From NCBI GenBank assembly GCA_013239625.1, contig MU054662.1:14621798-14685797 (forward strand): a DNA stretch of 64,000 nt, read 5' to 3'. The position numbers were made by a program, and so were the translations under genes. Below, one piece after another: positions 55,691 through 64,000 of the stretch (positions within the stretch are counted from its first letter, which is position 1; each line of letters starts with the position of its first letter). Under the pieces are notes generated by a model, which was given only the letters and a program-made list of their open reading frames with translations, was not told the origin of the DNA and did no database searches. This DNA is from Lama guanicoe. Lineage: Eukaryota.

Positions 55691-56397
55691 GGGAGCCAAG
55701 AGAATGGCAGACACTGGGGAGGGGATGCTCAGAGTTGCTGGGCCTCGATGCTCCTTCCCACCCTGCAGTGTCCTGGTGTGGTGATGGTGACCAGGAGAGA
55801 GAATGCACACTGGGGGCTCCCCAACAGCCTCATCGATCACAGGAAGCAGAAGGGGCTGGCCCTGCTAAGGCCACCAAATCTGTCACGATTTCTGGGAAGC
55901 GAGGGAGGGGAAGTGTGAACGGATGCGTGGAAAAGGTGTGGACCGAGGACCAGGCTTTTCCTCAGGGTTGGGAAGAAGTGAGGGGCGAGGCCACTGGAAG
56001 GGCTGGACACGTCCCAGCAGCAGGCCGTCCGGTGAGACCCCAGGGATGGCAGTCCTGAACCCCCAGGATGTGGGGGTGGCTGCACCCAGGCCTGGAACTG
56101 GGAAAGCGCGTGTCACTTGAGGGCTTTCCCCGTCTGAGGATCTCTTGGATCTCTGCAGGCCGGTGGGTGACCTGTCCTCACACAGCCCACGATGGATGAA
56201 GGGCAGGAGTTAGGGAGCCCACTGGAGGGGCCCTCGGGGTCAGAGCACACATCTGACAGCCCTGATTCTCCAGCTCAGCTTTCTGCAAACGGATGGTCAT
56301 TTGGGGCTTTATGGTCTCCAATCCGTCATTTGGCAGAGCAAACATCTTAAATCTTCAGTAACGCAGGTTTTACAGTCTCACATCTACATGTGTGCGC

Positions 56398-56418
56398 TTC
56401 AGCACCGAGGCCAGCGCC
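56398..56418 (+). promoter_or_regulatory. RE1/NRSE (REST binding site) candidate
   Basis: TTCAGCACCGAGGCCAGCGCC versus canonical TTCAGCACCACGGACAGCGCC: 18/21 identical, differences only at the 2-nt spacer and the A/C-tolerant position. Confidence 0.75.
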
Positions 56419-57992
56419 ACTCACGCGACATGTGTTCTGACATCTGGACGCCAGCAGTATCAGGACTCGGGAAGCCCCCTGGGCTAGGCAGGAGAGCCTC
56501 ATGTCATGGGGGCTGCTGGGCTCACATCCACAGAGAGCCCTGTTTCCAGGCCCCAGAGCTGTGTTTCTTAAAGAGGACAGGATTGTCCTTAAAGTGACTG
56601 CTCAGAGAGGCTTCGAGGAGAACGAGATGTTTGGGGGAGGATTGGAGAAGGTCAGGAGGGCCTGTGTTCCAGGTGAGGGGACTGAGGGACACCAAGGGGA
56701 CGCATCAGCAGGCTGGTTGTGAGTGTGGGGACACGGTGTGAAGTCTGAGCCACGCGGGGAGCAGGACACAGGCCGTGGGCCACTGGAGACGTTTGCCGTG
56801 AGTGGGTGGAAGAGTAGTGATGGTGTTTCTGCCGACCAGGGGCATCTCAGGTCCTCCAACTCCCAGGATTAGAGGTCATTAAGGACCAGTGGTCCTGTGT
56901 GTCCTCCTCTTTCTGTTCTCTCTATTTTGAAAAAAGTTCACTTGTTCAGATGACGTTTATCGAGCTGGTTTCTGGGCAGCCCATTTACTTACCCTCAGTG
57001 AGCTCACAGTCTGACACGGAGGAGGGACAGCTAAAGAGTCGGGTGAAGATGCTGCTGTGACCCAGGTGCTGTGTTCTTGCTGCAGAGGAGGCAGGGTGAG
57101 ACCCTGGTGCAGGGCTCCCCAGGTCAAATTCCAGCGCCCTCTGCACGCTGCTGCCCACCTGCTGGAACCTGGATGTGGGCTCCATGACTCAGCTCCAAGT
57201 GGGCCAGTAGGTTGCTGGAAAACCACCTTGTGAAGTGGCATTTGCTTATGGATGTGGCAGTGCCAGAGCCCTCCCTCCACCTGGCCACGCGTGGTCATTG
57301 CACACCGCCTGGCAGGACTGCACGGCTGTCACATGGGAAGCCACAACAGACCCCCAACTTGAAACCACCTTTGACACTCCCAGCACTTTTGAGGGGCACT
57401 GGGATGCCCGTGTTCTAGATTAAGGGCTAAGGGGAAGGATGGGGTGTCCTGACAGTGAGAGGACTTGGGGAGGCCACCAGAGGTCCTGGGGCAGACCTCC
57501 TTGACGACCTGTCCCCTCATTCCCTGGTGAACCACTATCATCCTGTTAGTTGCAGCTGACTCGTTTGTGGTAAACTGGGCTTAAGAAACCTTAAGCAGAG
57601 GGAAAGTGGACATTTTAGCTTTATAGCTGGACCCACAGAGGCCCAGGGAGGCCATACCTTGTGACTGCTGACCTCCTGCCTGCTCTGACCCACAGCAGGC
57701 CGAAAGCCAGGACGTCACAGTGGCCAGAAGGGCCTCCTGGGGCTGAAACTCTATTCATTCATCTCGGTAGTGAGCAGTGAATCTTTCTGCCTCTATTGAA
57801 GATCCCATAATTAAACAGGCAGAGAAATGTATTTCATAAAATATGTATATTGTTTGCTTTGTACAAAAGCTTTTTAATCTCTCTTAGTTCATAGCCAGGA
57901 TGAGCAGTGGGGGTGGAGAAACAGTCGTTCACTGCACATTAAAACCAGACACTGGGCTGTGGCCTCTTCTGGGGTGACTGCCTGTCTCATTG

Positions 57993-58050
57993 TCACCTCC
58001 ACCACCATCACCACCATCACCACCACTACCATCATCATCACCATCTCCAC
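57993..58050. repeat. (CAC/CAT)n trinucleotide repeat
   Basis: cacctccaccaccatcaccaccatcaccaccactaccatcatcatcaccatctccac. Confidence 0.9.
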
Positions 58051-59169
58051 TGTCCGTGTATAATTTCAGATGAATTCTGCAGGAGAACGGACAGTGTCTT
58101 GTGCATCAAACCAGTCCTCTCCCCCAGCACAGTGTTTGGTATGTGCTAGACGCCTAATGAAAGTCAGATGCTGTATATGTTTATTAAAATGAGTGAGTGA
58201 ATAAATGAGGTTTCACTATGTGGGCTTGTTCGTTCCTGAGTAAACCCCAGGATATGGTCTCCCCTCTCCCCAGTTGTATGTGAGGAGACAGCGGCCCAGA
58301 TGGGGGCCTTGTGCTGACCTGGCCCTGTATTGAGTCTGACCTCTCAGAGGTGAGTGTCCTGCTCTGTCTGGGCCTTCTTCCCCAGGCAGAGTGGCCCTAG
58401 CCCCCCCACCCTGCCTCCCCCTGGCCTTGGCCGGTGCCCCTCCTGGGGTAAAGGCAGCCCTCGGCCCGTTTGGCACCCATGTCCTATCAGACCCACATCA
58501 CTCCCACGGACAGCGGTTCCTGTCAGCACTGGGCCTGGGAGTGAATGCCTCTTTGTCAGAGGGAGCTGGCAGGCAAGGACGATTGGGCTAAATCGATTGT
58601 ATTTTCCAAATCATCACCCAGCTTCTAATTCTACCTGTGCGATGAACTAATTTGAACGAGAATTAGCTTCTAAACTGAGAATTCCAGCCCTTGACTGGAA
58701 GGAGAGGAAAGGGCCTGTGTGAAATCTAGACGGAGAAGGTTTGTGGGCCTGCGACAGCCTACCCAGGAAAGGGCCCTGTGTGATGGGGTGACGTACCATC
58801 GGGACGGCCTGGTCCCTCTCTGCTGCCCGACTCTGCCCTTCCACCGTCACCCGTATTCACAGAGGTGTTGCAGAGCCAGCTGAGTGAAGCCCTGGGCAAA
58901 GCCAGGGCAGTGGGCAGGGGTAGAACGAAAGCACCTTACACCTTGGAATCGGGGGACCCACCAGCCAGCCACGCAAACCCCGCAGGACACTCCATCCCTG
59001 CACAAGTGCCTGATGGAGCCTCTTCCATTTCTGTTTTAACCCACAGCCAGGCGCCCCTTTGCCTTTAAGTCTCCCCAGTTCCAGCTCTGTCTGATCCTAA
59101 ACTAGAAAGTTCCTTCTATTGAAACTGAAAACTGCCTCCCTTTGACTCTTCGGGCTATATTCCTGAGGA

Positions 59170-59340
59170 CAGTGCCTCTCAAGCTTTAAAGTTCTAACTT
59201 AGGGATCTCCTGGTTCTGATTAGAATCTGATTAAAGTGGAGGTGCTGATCCAGAAGGCCCTGGGTCCTGCGTTTCTAAAAGGTTCTACGGTGGTGCTGAA
59301 GCCCTGGGCCCACAAGGCTCTCTTTGCGTGGTGAGGGCTC
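59170..59340. mobile_element. MER5-like (hAT-Charlie) fragment
   Basis: cagtgcctctcaagcttt...ctgcgtttctaaaaggttctacggtggtgctgaagc...ctctttgcgt. Confidence 0.45.
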
Positions 59341-59499
59341 CCGGGCCCACGTTGGGGTTTGAAGGCAGCGGCACGTCCATCTCTTCATCTCCTTCCACCA
59401 AGACAAACTTGCTACATTCCATAAACTCACAGCAAACAGGCTTATGAATTCGTACATTGTCGAGCCTGGGGGAGACCTCCTTCAAAAGTGACCTTGCCT

Positions 59500-59605
59500 A
59501 ATGGTTTTTCATCTTGTAAATGGGGGAAATGAGGTCCACGAAGGACCAAAGATTTGCTGAAATCACAAGGCCAGTGGAGCTGGGAAGAGCTGGGCTGAGC
59601 TGGCA
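59500..59605. mobile_element. MIR fragment
   Basis: tcatcttgtaaatgggggaaatgaggtccacg...gatttgctgaaatcacaaggccagt. Confidence 0.5.
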
Positions 59606-60899
59606 TTTTCCTCTTTAGCTTTGCCTCCTTCAAGTGCCGGAAGTCAGAAGAGCGAATGAGAGAAGGGACAGAGAGAAGGGGAAGGTGTGGGCCTCTCACT
59701 GGCACTGCAGGGGGTTAAGGGCAGTGGGATATAGTGGGTCCTGCTAGGGAGAGATGGACGGGGCTGGAGAGGTGTTTGTGAGGGAAGGAGGCAGGGATGC
59801 GGGGAGGAGGGACGTGCCCACGGAAGGAGCGAGGCCTTCGGGCTACCTTGAGTGGGGGAAGGTGCTGACAGTGGAGGGAAGAGAGGACTGGATACTGAAG
59901 TGTTGGAGAAAATGGACAGCCGTCCTTCCTGGGCCCTGCAGGTCCGCTGGTGCAGGACTCTGCCCGCTGTGGGACTCTGCCCACTGCACCACCCACCGTG
60001 CACAGGACTCCCCCCACCGCACCGCTTTGCTGACGTGTTTCCCCACCTGCTTACAGGTTGCGTCCTGAGGGTGGGGACCATGACGTGCTCACCATCACTT
60101 TCCAAACCAGCTCAGGCCTGGCAGGCGCTTACTGCATGTTTTGAACAGAACACCTGAATAAAAAATCAGAAGCAGGAAGTCAAAATCTAGGCCTGTACAG
60201 GCAATAAAGAAAATCTGATTACTGTAGACGTAAGAAAGATACCTTGATAGGAATGTGTGGTGGAGATGTAATTAGAACTTAGACTTATGGGTCCTGGTTG
60301 CACAAGGTGAGGGAGACTGAGGAACTAAGTCTGTGCCTCCATCTGTGTCTCAGAGAAACAGGGGAACACAGGGAGAGTCGGATTTCTCAGGAAACACTCA
60401 GAGTTCTATTTTGGCATAAAGTTTGAGACGAATATTAGGTATTTCAGGGAGGGCCTGAGGTGGCTGTCGGGTGTCTTGGGTCTCCCCAGATCCGGGGGCG
60501 GTCGGGCTGGCCTGAGCCCTTGCCCATCCCTGTGGCTGAGGGAAGGCTGCCTGCTCGCCCGCCCCCTGGTCTGGGGTGGAAGCGGAGAGCCTCCCTCCTG
60601 GAGCTGTGGTGGGGCCGACAGCTCACCCCCAGGGCTCACAGGAGTTCGCAGGGCTCAAGGGACGCCAGCAGCTTGAAGTGCCCACGAGATAGGCATGGGG
60701 CAGCATGTAAGGATGAGGCCCAGCAGAATGCCCGGAGCAGGACACCAGGAGCCACGCCCAGCTCCAGCCTGGAGCGCCCAGCGGGGGACCTTCTAGGGCT
60801 GAAAGTCACGTGTTCCGAGTAGGCAAATCCAGGAGCCGAAGTGAAGAACAGGTGGCAATTCCTGAGAAGTAAAACGGTGGCTTCAGAGAGCAGGTGGAA

Positions 60900-61125
60900 G
60901 AAATATCTCAAATGTGGAGCGAAAATAAAGCGCTGGGGGATTACGAAGAGAAAAGAAATAAGATATTCAGAGGACAGGTTCCGGAGACATCACATGTAGA
61001 TGGTAGGGTTCCAGGAGAAAAAGGACAGATGGAGGCACGATACATAAAGGAACAATACAGGAGATTTGTCTTGGTTTGTCAGAACCCTTGAGTCTAGAGA
61101 CTGAAAAGGCTCCTGGTGTTCTGGG
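60900..61125 (+). mobile_element. HAL1/L1ME ORF1-like fragment
   Basis: A-rich agaggacaggttccggagacatcac...tagggttccaggagaaa...aaaggaacaatacaggaga...gagactgaaaaggctcc. Confidence 0.5.
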
Positions 61126-62739
61126 TGAGACTGAGGAGAAGCCCCCGCCAGGAGCCGGGTCATCCTTGCCCCCAACCGAGGCTGAGATGAGCACACTGAC
61201 GCCCTCCCACTGCCCCCGGGAGGAGCTCTGGCACCTCCGGTCTGATGGGTCCCACCGTCAGGGTGGAGGGTGGTGGGACAGGGAATGGCTTTAGACCACA
61301 CCCGAGGCGGTGGCAAGACCTGCCCTGACGTCCACGTGTCCACAGAGCACGCAAAGGACCGAATCCCGGATGCACATGGAGGCAAGTGGGTGAAGAGTCA
61401 CTGTCTGGGTTCGGAGGGTGGAGGGAAATGGGCATAGTCCAGACGCCGAGGGCTCTTCTGCGAGAGAGGCTGCCCTCCCACCTTCAGGGGCATGAGGCCA
61501 GCATCTCCGAAAGCCTGCAGGCAAGCTCGGTGATGTGCAGCCGTGATCCATCCACCGGCCTGGCAGGGCTGGTGTACAGGGGCAGAGACACCTCCGATCA
61601 CTTCCTGTCCTTCCCGGGGCTGAGGACCAGTCCTTTATCTGACGTGCGGGAGCTGTGGACTCCCTGCAGTGACGTGACTGCTGGCCAGCCGGGACCCACA
61701 GGGTCTGCAGCCCCACGTGAGCAGGGGTGGGTCGCAGCATGTGGAGCAGCTGCGACAGGAGAGGCTCTGGGGGCTGGGCACGGAGGAGTTGGGACACACT
61801 CTCTCCAGCGGGAGGACTTGGGGCTTGTCCCTCACTGTGCTGGGAGAGGCAGGCTGAGGAGGTGAATAAGCAGAGGCAGCCCCCAGACCAGCCCCAGGAC
61901 AGAAGCTGTTGGACGAGAGGCCATCTGGCCCACCTCTGCCCACCTTTCTGGACGCCCGCGTGAGCTAAGGAACATAGCACCCCACACAGCGTAGGAACCA
62001 CCGCCGGACTCATCAGCTTCTCCTTATGAGGCGGTCAGTCCTTACTGTGGTTCCAGGGGACAGGAGTGGGAACCCACTTAGGGTCACTGAGAATTGAGGC
62101 TCTTTTGTGCATGGAGAAATGAGAAACTAAGGATGGCCTGGCCCCTTGGTCTGGCTCCCCCTCCCTGAGCCCACAGCCTCGTGTGGGCTTGTGTGTGGCC
62201 CAGTCTTCACTCTGGGCCTGTGGTACTTACGTTGGATGTTGCGGGGGGGGGTCCCAGGGGGCCGCGTCCTTCCACCTTTGCCCTGGCAGCGAGATGCGCT
62301 GCCGCCCTGCAGCCTGGGCCCCCTGCGGGGGGACCCCTGCTCCCGCTGCTGCAGCCTGGAGCTGGGCCTGCTGACCTGTGAGCACGGGCAGCTGCAGTTT
62401 TAAGCTGCGGTGGTTTGTGGGCTTGTTTCCATTCTGCAGAAGTATCTGCAGCCACGGCTACGGGATGCTTTCAGAGATGATGTGTCACTGAGTCCGTCCT
62501 CAGCTTCTCGGGCCAGAGAGCCGCCGAGGCGGCTGTGAGGACAGACTCCCAGGACCGCAGGAGAGGCTGATCTGCTCATTCGAGAGAGGACCCAGGAATC
62601 CTTATTTTAGATTGCTGCTCCGTGTGCTGTGACAGGTGTCTGCTTGCTACACACTGAGAGGGACTGCATTTTCAACTGAGGACTTTCGCTCTCAGGCAGG
62701 CTCCAGATATTTCCCCTGCAGCCTGGGTTGGACAGCAGA

Positions 62740-62895
62740 GTGTGTGTACGTGTCTTTGTGTGCATGTACTTGGTGGGGGTGTGTGTGTGGTGGGGACGTG
62801 TGTGTGTGGGTGTGTGGTGGGGCACATGTGCATGGTTGGGCACGTGTGTGCACATGGGTGGGGGGACGTGTGCATGGTTGTGGCATGTGGGGGTG
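62740..62895. repeat. TG-rich low-complexity tract
   Basis: Degenerate gtgtgtgcatg/ggggacgtgtg units. Confidence 0.85.
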
Positions 62896-63040
62896 CAGCC
62901 TGCTCGTCCTGCAGCTCGGGACCCTCCTCTATGCACTGTGAGGTGCAGTTCTAACCTGGCAGGTTGTTCAGGAACTTGGTTAACGTTGTGCTCCAAGCTG
63001 CTTGCAGCTGCAGCTTCTGGAAGGAGTTGCCCCTCCCAAG

Positions 63041-63085
63041 ACACACACACACACACGCACACACACACGTGTGCGCACACACACA
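63041..63085. repeat. (CA)n microsatellite
   Basis: acacacacacacacacgcacacacacacgtgtgcgcacacacaca. Confidence 0.92.
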
Positions 63086-64000
63086 AGACGGCATTTTTCT
63101 TTCTGCAGAGATCCAATTGGCCTCCTTGTTGCCGACTCAAAGCAGCTGTTTATTTGTTGTGTTTATGTTTTCAGTTGTTGTGATGAGGTTTGCTTCCTTC
63201 TCCTTTAACTGAATTACGCGTCATTCAGCTCCTCAGCGTGCGCTGCACAGGGAGCTGGGTCCTCCTGCTGTGTAGGCTTTGGATCCCTTCTCTGTCCTGC
63301 AGCCCAGTTAGAGCGGCGGAGCCACTGGGCCCCTAGAGAGAGGAAGACCAGAAGCACAGGTGTTCCTCTGGCCGAATCCAATGTGCTCTGTCGTCTCACC
63401 TCCTGGGGTGCAGCTCGGACCGTGACAGGTAGGAAGCCAGCATGGTGGGAGGAGCACGCTCTCCCAGTCTCGTCCTCACACTCCCACTGTGAGTGCTGAG
63501 AATGCAGGCCCCACTTCTGGCCTCTGATTCTGGGTGCCTTGGCCACACTGTCTGAGCTCGGGTCAGCTGAGTTGAGGCACAGGGGAAAGGGTTGGGGAAC
63601 AGGAACACGCAGAGATGGCTGGGGGCCAGTCATGGACACAGAATTTCAGAAACTTCCTTTTATCTCTTGGGACCCATGTTCTAGCAACACCGACCTTGGA
63701 GGAGCCAGAGAAGCTCCCATTAGCCAGATATCCCCCCTGTATTCCCCACAGCTGAGCCCTGGCCCCGCCTCCCACAGCCTCCACGCAGACATACCTAAAC
63801 CATCCCCATTGCCCCACTGGGTCTGGAGGAACCCTTCTCATTTTTGTAAGTGGTTGGAGTGCGGTGTGACCCTAGGCATTGCTTCCCTTCCCTGAGCCCG
63901 AGTCTTTTTAACGCTGGAATGGGGTAGCTGGGCTACATGAGCCAGGTCTCAGATTTCTGTTAACTCTAATATCTTCGATTTGCACGTATGGCTGTGTCTA

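Noticed and set aside
62740-63085. TG-rich tract and downstream CA tract as a possible long hairpin
   Set aside because: Complementarity is only that of simple dinucleotide repeats; no unique-sequence stem.
49720-64000. Possible additional protein-coding gene upstream of B3GAT1
   Set aside because: No ORF with recognisable homology and no chain of phase-compatible exons; only old repeats and candidate regulatory elements.

Overview
Mammalian genomic DNA, GC-rich. A Vic-1-like tRNA-derived SINE and the absence of recognisable Alu, Bov-A2, PRE1 or SINEC elements suggest a camelid. The window holds two convergent glyco-enzyme genes, as at human 11q25. (1) GLB1L2 (GH35 beta-galactosidase-1-like 2) on +: 18 coding exons (orthologous exons 2-19, 4399-25228, 1825 nt) splice in frame with both catalytic glutamates intact; exon 1 lies upstream of the window. 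(2) B3GAT1 (GlcAT-P, HNK-1/CD57 glucuronyltransferase) on -: complete, CpG-island promoter at ~48.7-49.7 kb, 334-aa and 347-aa isoforms set by two donors 17 nt apart, last exon ending ~27.58 kb. The remainder is intron and upstream DNA with old L1/L2/MIR/MER relics and microsatellites. I found no new protein-coding gene and no CRISPR- or prokaryote-type system; most ORF-track entries are GC-rich noise. Best leads: a splice-programmed uORF leader in B3GAT1, a consensus RE1/REST site 7 kb upstream, a palindromic bidirectional poly(A) element between the two genes, a GC-donor exon behind a long CU tract in GLB1L2, an intronic CpG island apparently built on an L1 relic, and a three-layer nested transposon.
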